From: Alphaproteobacteria bacterium UBA7371
GTDB taxonomy: Bacteria; Pseudomonadota; Alphaproteobacteria; UBA8317
Reading direction: 5' to 3'
NCBI GenBank assembly: GCA_002469865.1
Contig: DKOD01000006.1
Span: 2,539 to 31,768 of the forward strand
DNA length: 29,230 bases
The notes below the pieces were generated by a model that was given only the letters and a program-made list of their open reading frames with translations, was not told the DNA's origin and searched no databases. Below, piece after piece: positions 7,399 through 17,285 of the stretch. How positions within the stretch are numbered: the stretch's first letter is position 1; the number at the start of each line of letters is the position of its first letter. Position numbers and translations under genes: made by a program.

Positions 7399-8279
7399 TG
7401 GAACATTTTGGTGCCATTAGTTTGATCGGCCCGACCAATGCTGGCAAATCAACGCTTCTCAACAAGATGCTTGGCGAAAAACTCGCCATCACATCACGAA
7501 AGGTACAAACCACAAGGTTTCGTATCCGCGGTGTGGCCATGCATGGTGACGCGCAATTTGCAATCGTTGACACACCTGGATTTTTTGACCCCAAACGCCC
7601 TTTTGATGAGGGCATGATCCATGAGGCGGAAGAGGCAACCAAAGATGTCGATATTTTGTTGATGGTTGTGGATGCGGTGCGTGGGAAATGTGATATTGCA
7701 GCAAATGTGCTGAAAAAATTATCCGCAGTGACCATGCCGCGATTTCTGGTGCTCAATAAGGTCGACCAATTGCAGGATAAAGAAGCCTTGCTTCCACTGG
7801 CCCAGAAATTTTCAGCCGATTTGGCTTTTGATGAAATCCATTTTGTGTCGGCAGAAATTGGTTCTGGTGTTGAAAACCTATTGGCCGCGATCGCCAAAAG
7901 ATTGCCCGAAGAGCGCTGGCATTATGACCCCGATACCCTAACCGACATGCCCATGCGTGTTTTGGCTGCTGAAGCGGTGCGGGAGCATTTGTATGATAGG
8001 TTGCACCAGGAATTGCCCTATGATGCGCTGGTGGAAACAGAACGTTTTGAAGAGCGTAAGGATGGCTCTGCGGCCATTCACATTCTGGTGACGGTCAAAC
8101 GTGACGGCCAAAAAGCCCTTGTGCTTGGTCAAGGTGGCCGCACCGTGAAGGCCATTGGTCAGGCGGCCCGCCAAGAATTAAGCCAGGCTTGGGGCCGAAA
8201 GATCCATTTGTTTATCCAAGTGCGTGTCCGTCCTGATTGGGACAAGCATTATGACCCCCGCAAATTATTGGGCATCTGA
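7398..8279 (+). CDS. era: GTPase Era
   Basis: G1 GPTNAGKS, QTTR, DTPG, NKVD and KH domain with LGQGG; TGATG overlap with rnc. Confidence 0.98.
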   Translation: MEHFGAISLIGPTNAGKSTLLNKMLGEKLAITSRKVQTTRFRIRGVAMHGDAQFAIVDTPGFFDPKRPFDEGMIHEAEEATKDVDILLMVVDAVRGKCDIAANVLKKLSAVTMPRFLVLNKVDQLQDKEALLPLAQKFSADLAFDEIHFVSAEIGSGVENLLAAIAKRLPEERWHYDPDTLTDMPMRVLAAEAVREHLYDRLHQELPYDALVETERFEERKDGSAAIHILVTVKRDGQKALVLGQGGRTVKAIGQAARQELSQAWGRKIHLFIQVRVRPDWDKHYDPRKLLGI

Positions 8280-8287
8280 GGTGTTGC

Positions 8288-9010
8288 ATGCAGTGGGAGG
8301 ATGAGGGCGTCATCCTTGCCCTGGATAGGTTCGGCGAGCGCCAATTCATTGCCAGTTGTTTTGGGCGAGAACATGGTATTCGCCGCGGGCTTTTGCGCCA
8401 GGCGGGGCGCCATGGTCGCCCCTACCAATTGGCTGATTTGGTGACAATTTCTTGGCGAGCCCGGCATGAAGACCGGTTGGGCACCTTCACCATGGAACCC
8501 AAGCGTCATGCCCCACTGGCCATGTTTTCCGACAGAAAAGTGTTGGCCATGGTGCAATCCTCCATCAGCTTGATTCGTGGCTTTTGCGGTGAGTCGGAGG
8601 CCCATCGGGGGTTGTTCGATGGCTTGGATGCGCTGTTGCTCGCGGCTGATCAGCAATCATTATGGCGGTCGGTATATCTCCGTTTTGAGCTTCTTCTTCT
8701 TGCTGATATTGGCTATGCGATGGATTTAAATAAATGCGCAGTTACAGGATCTTATGACGATCTTCTTTATGTAAGCCCAAGAACGGGGCGTGCTGTATCT
8801 GCCTCAGGAGCCTTTGGTTATGAGCATCGCATGTTGCCATTAACACCAGGTCTTAAAGATCCAAAAAATGTTGATGATGATGCTATGCTTATTGATGCCC
8901 TTCAGGTGACCGGGCATTTTCTGGAAAAAGCCGCGGGTGATTTGGTGGCGCCAAAATTCCTTCACGCCCGCAACGACCTCACAAAACTTTTGCATGGTGA
9001 TGCTTCATGA
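8288..9010 (+). CDS. recO: DNA repair protein RecO
   Basis: [27 protein letters not shown] and [11 protein letters not shown] (alphaproteobacterial RecO); follows rnc-era. Confidence 0.96.
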   Translation: MQWEDEGVILALDRFGERQFIASCFGREHGIRRGLLRQAGRHGRPYQLADLVTISWRARHEDRLGTFTMEPKRHAPLAMFSDRKVLAMVQSSISLIRGFCGESEAHRGLFDGLDALLLAADQQSLWRSVYLRFELLLLADIGYAMDLNKCAVTGSYDDLLYVSPRTGRAVSASGAFGYEHRMLPLTPGLKDPKNVDDDAMLIDALQVTGHFLEKAAGDLVAPKFLHARNDLTKLLHGDAS

Positions 9011-9038
9011 TCTGCCATGCATGCATATGGGAATTGAA

Positions 9039-11276
9039 ATGAGCGATTTGGTGGATGAACAAATAAGCGCAGAGCCTTTTGCAGAGCTTTTGGGTGAGCG
9101 GTACCTTGCCTATGCATTATCCACGATCACCCAGCGGGCATTGCCCGATGTTCGTGATGGCATGAAACCGGTCCATCGGCGTATTTTGCACGCCATGCGG
9201 GAGCTAAAACTTAACCCGGATAGCCACTTTAAGAGGTCTTCACGGGTGGTGGGTGATGTGATTGGTAAATTCCACCCCCATGGTGAGTCGGCTGTCTATG
9301 ATGCGCTTGTGCGCCTTGCCCAAGACTTCTCCTCACGCTACCCTCTGGTGGAAGGCCAGGGCAATTTTGGCAATGTCGATGGGGATTCCGCCGCTGCGCC
9401 ACGTTACACCGAGGCGAGGCTCACTGCTGTTGCCCTTGCCTTGCTGCGCGACATCGAGAACGAAACTGTTGAATTTCGGGATAATTATGACGGCACAGAG
9501 CGGGAGCCTGTGGTGTTGCCCGCGGCTTTTCCCAATCTTTTGGCCAATGGATCCAATGGCATCGCCGTGGGCATGGCGACCTCCATACCTCCCCATAATG
9601 CCGAGGAATTATGTTTGGCCCTCAAGGCTTTGGTGAAGGACCCGGCCCTTTCTGATGAGAAATTGGTGGGGTTTGTTTCCGGGCCTGACCTGCCCACCGG
9701 GGGAATTCTTGTGGAGTCAGCGGAAAATATTGCTGAGGCCTATGCCACTGGTCGTGGTGGCTTTCGGGTTCGCGCCCGATGGGAAAAAGAGGATCTGGGC
9801 CGTGGGACCTACCAGATCATCATCACAGAAATTCCTTATCAGGTGCAAAAATCGCGCCTTATCGAACAATTGGCTGACATTGTCACGGGCAAGAAGAACC
9901 ACGCACTTGGTGATGTTCGCGATGAATCGGCTGAAGATATCCGCATTGTGCTGGAGCCACGCAACCGCTCCATCGAACCCGATGCGCTCATGGAAATATT
10001 ATTTCGGGATACAGAATTAGAATCCCGGATCTCCCTCAATCTTAACGTGTTGGACGCCGACGGCCATCCAAGGGTCCATAGCCTGAAACAAGCGCTGAAT
10101 GGATTTATTGCCCATCGCCGACAGGTGGTGTTGCGCCGAACAACATACAGACTGGGCCGGATTGCCGACCGGCTTGAAATCTTGGAGGGCCTTCGCCTTG
10201 TTTATCTAGATCTCGATGAGGTGATCCGGATCATCAGGCAAGAGGATGAACCCAAACTTGCCCTGATTGAACGGTTTCGCCTGACGGACCGTCAGGCCGA
10301 AGCCATTCTCGATACCAGGCTACGATCCTTGCGGAAGCTTGAAGAAGAAAAAATGGTTGCTGAAATTGCCAAATTGGAAGCTGAGCGATTGGATCTGGAA
10401 GAAATTGTTGCTGATTCCAGCCGGCTTGATCGGGTTCTTACCCAAGAATTTGATGAAACCATTGATGCTTTTGGCAAATCCACAAATTTGGGAAGACGCA
10501 GAACAAGTTTTCAAGATGCCCCGGTGGTTAATCTTGAGGAGGTTTTGCGTTCTGCCCAATCCTCTGATCCTGTCACGATTGTCCTGTCGCAACAGGGTTG
10601 GGTGCGGCTGTTTAAAGGCCATCTTGATGGTCAGGCCGATGTGAAATTCAAAGAGGGTGATGGCCTAGATTTGATGCGCCAGGCTCGTTCCAATGACCGC
10701 TTGGTGGCCATCAGTCAGCAGGGCCGTGCCTTTATTATTGATGCAGACCAATTGCCGGCGGGACGTGGTTTCGGGGAACCGCTTCGTCTGTTGTTAAACA
10801 TGGCCGCTGACGATGAATTGGCAGGTCTTTTGGTGTTTCAAGAAGGGGCGCGCATGCTGCTTGCAAGTGCCGATGGAAGGGGTTTTGTGACGCCCATGGA
10901 ATCTTGCATCACCCGCAATCGTTCGGGAAAACAATTAATGAATGTGGGCGCCGACTCGCAGGTTCGATATATTGGCCTGGTCCAGGGGGACCATGTGGCC
11001 GTGATTGGCGAAAACCGCAAATTGCTGGCATTTCCTTTGGCTGAATTGCCCGAACTAGAAAAGGGTCGGGGTGTTATCCTGCAGCGTTATAAGGATGGTG
11101 GCCTAAGCGATGTGTGTTGCTTTAACCTCAGCGATGGATTGTTTTGGATTGATGGCAGTGGCCGTCGACAACAGGTGTCCGGGCTGGAGACTTATTTGGG
11201 CAAAAGGGCGTCGGTGGGCCGGAATGTTCCGCGCGGTTTTAATCGGTCGGGCAAGTTCGACGATCGGCCTTCTTGA
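9039..11276 (+). CDS. parC: DNA topoisomerase IV subunit A
   Basis: [23 protein letters not shown], catalytic Tyr in [19 protein letters not shown], and a short C-terminal pinwheel with no GyrA box seen. Start ATG 9039. Confidence 0.96.
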   Translation: MSDLVDEQISAEPFAELLGERYLAYALSTITQRALPDVRDGMKPVHRRILHAMRELKLNPDSHFKRSSRVVGDVIGKFHPHGESAVYDALVRLAQDFSSRYPLVEGQGNFGNVDGDSAAAPRYTEARLTAVALALLRDIENETVEFRDNYDGTEREPVVLPAAFPNLLANGSNGIAVGMATSIPPHNAEELCLALKALVKDPALSDEKLVGFVSGPDLPTGGILVESAENIAEAYATGRGGFRVRARWEKEDLGRGTYQIIITEIPYQVQKSRLIEQLADIVTGKKNHALGDVRDESAEDIRIVLEPRNRSIEPDALMEILFRDTELESRISLNLNVLDADGHPRVHSLKQALNGFIAHRRQVVLRRTTYRLGRIADRLEILEGLRLVYLDLDEVIRIIRQEDEPKLALIERFRLTDRQAEAILDTRLRSLRKLEEEKMVAEIAKLEAERLDLEEIVADSSRLDRVLTQEFDETIDAFGKSTNLGRRRTSFQDAPVVNLEEVLRSAQSSDPVTIVLSQQGWVRLFKGHLDGQADVKFKEGDGLDLMRQARSNDRLVAISQQGRAFIIDADQLPAGRGFGEPLRLLLNMAADDELAGLLVFQEGARMLLASADGRGFVTPMESCITRNRSGKQLMNVGADSQVRYIGLVQGDHVAVIGENRKLLAFPLAELPELEKGRGVILQRYKDGGLSDVCCFNLSDGLFWIDGSGRRQQVSGLETYLGKRASVGRNVPRGFNRSGKFDDRPS

Positions 11277-11302
11277 ACAAAAGCGTCAACTGCGCGTATA
11301 TC
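11273..11302 (+). promoter_or_regulatory. Possible promoter for bioY
   Basis: TTGAAC-N18-TATATC followed by an AT-rich leader and AAGGA RBS; pattern match only. Confidence 0.3.
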
Positions 11303-11341
11303 TTTTTTTGTAGTAAAACGTAAATTTTTAAAGGACAGATT

Positions 11342-11935
11342 ATGGCACAACATATCCAGCCACGAGGCAGCATTCTTGAGCATTTGTGGCCTGCCGATGA
11401 GTTTGTCCAAAAGGCTTTGCGCATTGCCTTTGCAGCCCTGGTCGGTTCGGTGTTGTTAACCTTATCAGCCAAAATTCAAGTGCCATTCCTGCCTGTCCCC
11501 ATGACCCTCCAGGTTTTGGCCATATTGATGATGGCAGCCAGCTTTGGTCGCGCCGCCGCCGTGGCAGCTGTGATGCTTTATTTGGTTCAAGGAGCGGCTG
11601 GTGTGCCTGTTTTTGCCGGTACCCCGGAAAAAGGTGTTGGTTTGGCCTATATGATGGGCCCAACAGGCGGGTATCTTTTGGGCTTTTTATTCATGGCTTG
11701 GATGGTGGGCGGCTTTGTGGATAAGGCCAAAGCATTGACGCGTCACAAAATGATAGGCGTGATGCTGTTGGCCACATTGGTGATGTATGTGCCCGGCGTT
11801 CTTTGGTTGGGTGTCCTTTTTGGCTTTGACCAACCTTTATTGGCTTGGGGCGTTTTTCCCTTTATTCTTGGCGACTTGCTGAAGGCATTGATTGCAGGCC
11901 TGACATTTCCGATGTTGCGTCGCTGGGTTGGTTAG
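11342..11935 (+). CDS. bioY: Biotin transporter S-component BioY
   Basis: PVPMTLQ, YLVQGAAGVPVFAG, GPTGGYLLGF and PFILGDLLKA; hydrophobic, 197 aa. Confidence 0.95.
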   Translation: MAQHIQPRGSILEHLWPADEFVQKALRIAFAALVGSVLLTLSAKIQVPFLPVPMTLQVLAILMMAASFGRAAAVAAVMLYLVQGAAGVPVFAGTPEKGVGLAYMMGPTGGYLLGFLFMAWMVGGFVDKAKALTRHKMIGVMLLATLVMYVPGVLWLGVLFGFDQPLLAWGVFPFILGDLLKALIAGLTFPMLRRWVG

Positions 11936-11964
11936 ACCCTCGCCAAAGCGCCGATGATGCAACA

Positions 11965-11995
11965 AACAAAACCGCCCCATGATGGCGGTTTTGTT
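11965..11995. terminator. Bidirectional intrinsic terminator between convergent bioY and bpt/ate
   Basis: AACAAAACCGCC-N7-GGCGGTTTTGTT, a 12-bp inverted repeat with A/T runs on both sides, between two convergent stops. Confidence 0.8.
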
Positions 11996-11998
11996 ATT

Positions 11999-12754
11999 TT
12001 AGCTGTCGGAATTGCGGGTGGGGATTGCCACGGGCGGGCATCGTGACCATTGACCATCCACAAGATATTCCAAGGGTTGAAACTTATCCTTATAGGACAT
12101 TTTGGGTGATCCATTGACCCAATAACCCAGGTAAATATGGTCCAAATGATGGTCCAGCGTGAAGCGCAAGTGATCAAGGATCATGAACCGTCCTAATGAA
12201 CGTTTGGGGCTTGTGGGTTCAAAAACCGAATACACCATCGACAAACCATCTTCCATGACATCAGTGAGGCAAAAAGCCATCAGCTCATTGGTTTGCCTGT
12301 GCCGATATTCAACAACCATGGAATTGACGGGGCTGTCTTCAATCATGCGCACGAAATCCTCATCATCCATGTCGGCCATGCCACCTTGTTCGTGGCGATG
12401 ATCAATATATCGACGGAATAGCTGGTATTGTTCGTCGGTCGCCAAGGGCGGCATTACCCGTCGCTCTAGGTCTTGGTTGCTGACAATCACCCTCTTCTGA
12501 CTTTTGGAAGCCACAAATCTTTCAGCCACCACCCGAACCGACACGCAGGCGTTGCAGCCAATGCAGGAGGGGCGGTAGGCGATAGATTGGGAACGACGAA
12601 AACCGTGCTGGGACAATAATTCGTTAAGTTGTTCGGCCATGCGCCCATCAAGGCGCGTGAATACCTTGCGTTCTTCGCGACCTGGCAAATAGGGGCATGG
12701 CCCCGGGCCGGTCATGAAAAATCTGATAAGCTTTAGCCGTGGATCGACAGACAT
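11999..12754 (-). CDS. ate: Aspartate/glutamate leucyltransferase (Bpt; arginyltransferase-like ATE family)
   Basis: CPYLPGREERK, GFRRSQSIAYRPSCIGCNACVSVR, DGLSMVYS and YLGYWV..SPKMSYK. Confidence 0.93.
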   Translation of the reverse strand: MSVDPRLKLIRFFMTGPGPCPYLPGREERKVFTRLDGRMAEQLNELLSQHGFRRSQSIAYRPSCIGCNACVSVRVVAERFVASKSQKRVIVSNQDLERRVMPPLATDEQYQLFRRYIDHRHEQGGMADMDDEDFVRMIEDSPVNSMVVEYRHRQTNELMAFCLTDVMEDGLSMVYSVFEPTSPKRSLGRFMILDHLRFTLDHHLDHIYLGYWVNGSPKMSYKDKFQPLEYLVDGQWSRCPPVAIPTRNSDS

Positions 12755-12782
12755 GTTGGTCCCTTGTTATCGCCAGGATGAT

Positions 12783-14543
12783 TTATTCGTACATGAATGC
12801 AGCCATGATGGAAAAGGTCAGCCATAAAATAAGCACCAGCGGCAATCCGCCCCGCACAAAATCACCAAAACGGTAATGCCCCGGGGCCATCACGAGCAGG
12901 TTTGTTTGGTAGGCTATGGGGGTGGCGAAACATGCATTGGCGGCAAAAATGGTGGCATGAAGAAATAATGTTGCTGAACCTTCCGTGGTGCTGGCAAGGC
13001 CTAATGCGATGGGTGTAAAAATCACGGCGGTTGCATTGTTGGACAGAAGATTGGTCATGATGGCAACCACCATGAACAAAAGCGAAGCCAACATGTAAGG
13101 TGGTAAGCCCTCTGCCACATACACCAAGCCATGAGCGATCATGGCAGCCGCGCCCGTTTGTTCAAGCATATGCCCAAGGGCCACAGAACTTGCCACAATG
13201 AAAATAACCCTGGTGTCGAATGCCCGCACCGCCTGAGACGTCTGAATGCAACCACTGACCACCATGGCAAGGGCGCCAAGACAAGCGGCCACCACAATGG
13301 GCAAAATCCCGATGGCGGCAAGAGCAACCGTGGCAATGAAGATGGCCATGGCCGTGGGGGCTTTTTGTCTTGGGGGAACTTCACCAATGGAATCGGCCAG
13401 CAACAGGACATCTGGGTCCCGGGCAAGCTCTTTCATGGCGTCGGCTGAACCAGCAAGGAGAAGCGTGTCACCTGGCTCCACATACATGGCATTGGGGTGG
13501 CTTCTTATCATGCGTGCCCGGCGCTGCAATCCAAGAACAATACATGATGTTCGTTGGGCAAAGCCTGTGGCGCCCAAAGCGCGTCCCTCAAGCCTCGAGC
13601 CAGGAGCAACCACTGCTTCTGCCAGCACCATGTCTTGGTTTTCTTCGCTGCCTGTTTTGGCGAGAACCTCGGTCAGACGCTCCCTGGTCGCAGCAGCCAC
13701 CACCTCATCACCATCTTGCAAGGTAATCCCATCATAGGGAGGCAAAAATCGTTGGTTGCCACGCATGACCAATTTGATGGTGATGTCACGTAGGTCGGGG
13801 AAAAGCCCTGCCACGGCATTGGCACCTTCCATGGGATGGCCTTGGGTGATGGAAAGACGCACCACATATTGTTTTCCTTGGTTGCGCAGGAGAGCCTCTT
13901 CCCCCTCGCGGTCAGGCAAAATATGCGGCAAAATGAATAGGCAATAGGCCGCACCAACCCCAGCCAACATCAAACCCGGCACGAAAAAGTCAAAAAAACC
14001 AATGATTGGGCCGTTAATGCTGGCGGAAGTGCTTGCCACCAAAAGGTTGGTGGAGGAGCCAATCAGGGTGGTCATGCCGCCGAGCACCGAAACAAAACTG
14101 AGGGCCATCATGTGGCGGGATGCGGGCATGATGCCCCTCATCAGGCCCACCAAAATGGGTATGAACACCACCGTCACCGGTGTGTTGTTCATGAATGCTG
14201 AAACAATCATGGCGACAAACAAGGCCAACATGATCAGCGCAGAGCGGGGGATGCCATGGCCAGATTGCAAAAGCTTGTCGACAATGCCGGTAAGTGCGCC
14301 GGTACGAAACAACGCCTGGCCGACCACCAAAAGGGCCATGATGGTGATCAATGCCGGGCTTGCAAAGCCGGTCAGCAACGCTTCAGGTTCCGGAAATGCG
14401 ATCCCAAATTCTGGTAAGATGACAGCCAGCAAAAGGCCGGCAGCGATGATGCCAATAGCAACCAATTCCATGGCCAGAATATCCATGGCAAACAACACCA
14501 CAGCGATCAGTGTTAGAAAAATACTTGCCCAGATGCCGATCAT
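12783..14543 (-). CDS. SLC13/DASS family permease with two cytoplasmic TrkA-C (RCK_C) domains
   Basis: N- and C-terminal TM bundles with SAFMNNTPV, GGMTTLIGSSTNL, TNLLSNNATA and ATPIAYQTN..V..PG.Y.F.D. Two central RCK_C-like repeats (..LQDGDEVV; ..VEPGDTLLL). Confidence 0.9.
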   Translation of the reverse strand: MIGIWASIFLTLIAVVLFAMDILAMELVAIGIIAAGLLLAVILPEFGIAFPEPEALLTGFASPALITIMALLVVGQALFRTGALTGIVDKLLQSGHGIPRSALIMLALFVAMIVSAFMNNTPVTVVFIPILVGLMRGIMPASRHMMALSFVSVLGGMTTLIGSSTNLLVASTSASINGPIIGFFDFFVPGLMLAGVGAAYCLFILPHILPDREGEEALLRNQGKQYVVRLSITQGHPMEGANAVAGLFPDLRDITIKLVMRGNQRFLPPYDGITLQDGDEVVAAATRERLTEVLAKTGSEENQDMVLAEAVVAPGSRLEGRALGATGFAQRTSCIVLGLQRRARMIRSHPNAMYVEPGDTLLLAGSADAMKELARDPDVLLLADSIGEVPPRQKAPTAMAIFIATVALAAIGILPIVVAACLGALAMVVSGCIQTSQAVRAFDTRVIFIVASSVALGHMLEQTGAAAMIAHGLVYVAEGLPPYMLASLLFMVVAIMTNLLSNNATAVIFTPIALGLASTTEGSATLFLHATIFAANACFATPIAYQTNLLVMAPGHYRFGDFVRGGLPLVLILWLTFSIMAAFMYE

Positions 14544-14617
14544 CGCCCATGCACTTTGTTTGTTGAGGCAATATTCATGAGTTCTTCATGTTGCCCTGCG
14601 TTAATGTTCTGGAGCCC

Positions 14618-15898
14618 ATGATGACCATGACCACCCTTAAGCATCCAGACTCTCTCTATGCCTCACAGCAGGGTGCGCAATCCAGTCATTCCGATAAACC
14701 CCTGCCTAAAAGAATAAGCCATCTTGTCATTGGTGCTGGGTTGACCGGCTTGCAATGTGCCCAGCGGCTGGCGGAAGGCGGCCAAGAGGTTCTTCTGCTT
14801 GAGCAAGGCCCTGTGGCCTGGGGGGCTTCCGGGCGTAATGGTGGCCAGGTGTTGGCTGGCTTTGCTTGGGGGCCTCGCCAATTGTCCCAAGCCATGGGCG
14901 AGGAAAGGGCAAGGCGGCTTTGGCAGCAAAGTCGTGATGCTGTTCAATTGGTGGCAAACCAAGCCAAGGCCCAAGATGTTGGGGTGCAATGGGGCGGTGG
15001 GGAATTGGCCGCCCAATCCAGCCATATCAAAAGCCTGTCTGATTTTGTTCATGAGGCGGCATCTTGGGGTCATGATCTTCACCAATTTGACCAAGATGAA
15101 GCAAGCCAACGAACAGGCTCTGATAGATTTTATGGCGGGTTTGTTGACCAAAAAGCTTTTCATCTTGACCCTTTGGCTTTCGCACATGGGTTGGTGCGTT
15201 CGTATCTTGATCTTGGAGGGCGGCTGCATGTTAATTGCCGGGTGCGCGAATTAACCAAGCAATCATCAGGGTTCGCGGTGCAAACGGACCTGGGCAGCCT
15301 GCAAGCCGATCATGTCTATGTTTGCACCAATGCATGGGCATCTGCTCTTCTTCCCGAATTGTCGTCCTACCTGATGCCAGTGGCCAATTTTATGCTGGCC
15401 ACCAAACCCATGGGGCCATCCACCAACATATTAAATGACCAAGCAGCCTATGCCGACACCAATTTTGTGCTTGATTATTTTCGCAAGGATTCCGATGGGC
15501 GTCTTATCTTTGGCGGGTTGGTTGCTTATGACACCAATCGGAAAGGTCCTGATCGAGCGCGTCTTGAGGCACGCATGATAAGGACATTCCCAGGGCTTTC
15601 TGGGGTGGGGATTGATTTTGTTTGGGCAGGTTTGTTGGCGATCAGTCGTTTGAGGCTTCCCATTATCGGCTCTTTTGCCGATGGGGGTTATTACGCTGCT
15701 GGTTATTCGGGCCATGGGCTTGCACTCACCGCCTTAGCAGGCAGAGCCATGGCTGATGCAGCGTTAGGCCATAGAGGGGTCTTTGATGATCTGGCATCTT
15801 TGCCCAGGAAAGCTTTTCCTGGGGGCAGATATTTGCGCTTGCCACTCTTGCTCGCCATCACAAGTTATCAAAGACTTCGGGACCATTTGGAAAGGTAA
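14618..15898 (+). CDS. FAD-dependent oxidoreductase, PuuB/OrdL (DAO/glycine-oxidase superfamily)
   Basis: LVIGAGLTG, GASGRNGGQ, DYFR...DGRLIFGG and GYSGHG. Start uncertain (14618, 14621 or 14627; GGAG precedes 14618). Confidence 0.88.
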   Translation: MMTMTTLKHPDSLYASQQGAQSSHSDKPLPKRISHLVIGAGLTGLQCAQRLAEGGQEVLLLEQGPVAWGASGRNGGQVLAGFAWGPRQLSQAMGEERARRLWQQSRDAVQLVANQAKAQDVGVQWGGGELAAQSSHIKSLSDFVHEAASWGHDLHQFDQDEASQRTGSDRFYGGFVDQKAFHLDPLAFAHGLVRSYLDLGGRLHVNCRVRELTKQSSGFAVQTDLGSLQADHVYVCTNAWASALLPELSSYLMPVANFMLATKPMGPSTNILNDQAAYADTNFVLDYFRKDSDGRLIFGGLVAYDTNRKGPDRARLEARMIRTFPGLSGVGIDFVWAGLLAISRLRLPIIGSFADGGYYAAGYSGHGLALTALAGRAMADAALGHRGVFDDLASLPRKAFPGGRYLRLPLLLAITSYQRLRDHLER

Positions 15899-15903
15899 AA
15901 TCC

Positions 15904-16380
15904 ATGGCTAATCAAGATGATACGCGCCAATTAAGAAATGCGTTTGGGCGTTTTGCCACCGGCGTTTGTGTGGTATCATGCCAATCAAGCATAGGCCCCG
16001 TGGGCATCACGGTGAATTCTTTTTCTTCGGTATCGCTTCGCCCTGCTTTGTTGTCTTGGTGCATTGCTCATGGTTCTGACCGTTATGATGCTTTTGCGCA
16101 GGCCGAAACGTTCCATGTGGATATTCTCCATGCAAGCCAAGAAGATGTCGCCATGCATTTTGCGCGCCATGCAGCTATTGATTCCAATATGGACTTGGAG
16201 GTGACGCCCCATGGTCTAAAATTACCCGGCAGCCTTGTTCATTTTGCCTGCCGCATGCATGCCCGATATGGGGTGGGTGACCATGATATTTTGGTGGGTG
16301 AAATCTTCCAACATGAGCAAGATGAGGGTCCAGGCCTTGGGTATTTTGGCGGCAAATTTATCAATATAAGCAACAAGTAA
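15904..16380 (+). CDS. Flavin reductase family protein (HpaC/RutF/NTAB-like)
   Basis: LRNAFGRFATGVCVV, GITVNSFSSVSL.P and GDHDILVGE. Confidence 0.92.
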   Translation: MANQDDTRQLRNAFGRFATGVCVVSCQSSIGPVGITVNSFSSVSLRPALLSWCIAHGSDRYDAFAQAETFHVDILHASQEDVAMHFARHAAIDSNMDLEVTPHGLKLPGSLVHFACRMHARYGVGDHDILVGEIFQHEQDEGPGLGYFGGKFINISNK

Positions 16381-16407
16381 TCGGCAAACATAAAAAGGGA
16401 GAGGGAT

Positions 16408-17277
16408 ATGAAGCTAGCATTTTTGGGCCTTGGGGTGATGGGTTACCCCATGGCGGGTCATTGGCAAAAGGCAGGCCATGATGTCTGCGTCTATAACCGC
16501 ACCACCAGCAAAGCTGAAGCTTGGGCAAGCGAGCATGGTGGCCGCTATGCATCCTCGCCAAGCGAAGCAGTTGCAGGCGCCCAGATTGTGGCCATGTGTC
16601 TGGGGGACGATCCCGATGTGGAGATGGTGGTCCTGGGCGAGCATGGTGTCCTGGAAGGATTAGAGCCTGGTGCAGTTCTTGTGGATCATACAACAGGCTC
16701 AGCCAAGCTGGCCCAAAAGCTCCATGAACTATGTGCGGCCAAGAAGATAGGCTTTGTGGATGCGCCGGTGTCGGGTGGTCAGGCAGGTGCTGAAAACGGC
16801 CAGTTGGGCATCATGTGTGGTGGCAACGAAGATGATTTTGCCGCCGTGAAGGATGCGCTTGATATTTATGCCAAATCTTGTGTGCTGATTGGCGGCCCAG
16901 GCGATGGTCAATTGTGCAAAATGGTCAACCAGATTTGTATTGCCGGCGTGTTGCAGGGGCTTGCTGAGGGGCTTCATTTTGCTGAGACAACGGGCATTGA
17001 TGCCGAGCGGGTGTTGAGCGTGATTTCCAAAGGTGCTGCGCAATCCTGGCAAATGGAAAACCGTGGCATGACCATGGTGGCTGATAAGTTTGATTTTGGG
17101 TTTGCTGTGGATTGGATGCGCAAAGATTTGCGCATTTGCCTTGAAGAAGCCCGCGCAAGGGGTGTCAGCCTACCCACAACGGCAATGATCGACCAATATT
17201 ATGCTGATGTGCAAAATATGGGCGGCGGGCGTTGGGACACATCATCCCTAATCGCGCGCTTGTCGGGAAAACATTAA
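16408..17277 (+). CDS. NAD(P)-dependent beta-hydroxyacid dehydrogenase (3-hydroxyisobutyrate dehydrogenase / tartronate semialdehyde reductase family)
   Basis: AFLGLGVMG, YNRT, DAPVSGG, catalytic Lys in GQLCKMVNQ, and WMRKDL; strong GGAGAGG RBS. Confidence 0.92.
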   Translation: MKLAFLGLGVMGYPMAGHWQKAGHDVCVYNRTTSKAEAWASEHGGRYASSPSEAVAGAQIVAMCLGDDPDVEMVVLGEHGVLEGLEPGAVLVDHTTGSAKLAQKLHELCAAKKIGFVDAPVSGGQAGAENGQLGIMCGGNEDDFAAVKDALDIYAKSCVLIGGPGDGQLCKMVNQICIAGVLQGLAEGLHFAETTGIDAERVLSVISKGAAQSWQMENRGMTMVADKFDFGFAVDWMRKDLRICLEEARARGVSLPTTAMIDQYYADVQNMGGGRWDTSSLIARLSGKH

Positions 17278-17285
17278 CCTTTTGT

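Noticed and set aside
8690-8890. AT-rich dip inside recO (hand count about 42% GC over 8701-8880) as a recombined patch
   Set aside because: The protein reads as normal RecO throughout, and one such dip among many 180-nt windows is expected by chance.
13131-15254. Long antisense or alternate ORFs (163, 192, 188 and 165 aa) over the transporter and oxidase genes
   Set aside because: No recognisable motifs; they are typical shadows of well-supported coding frames.
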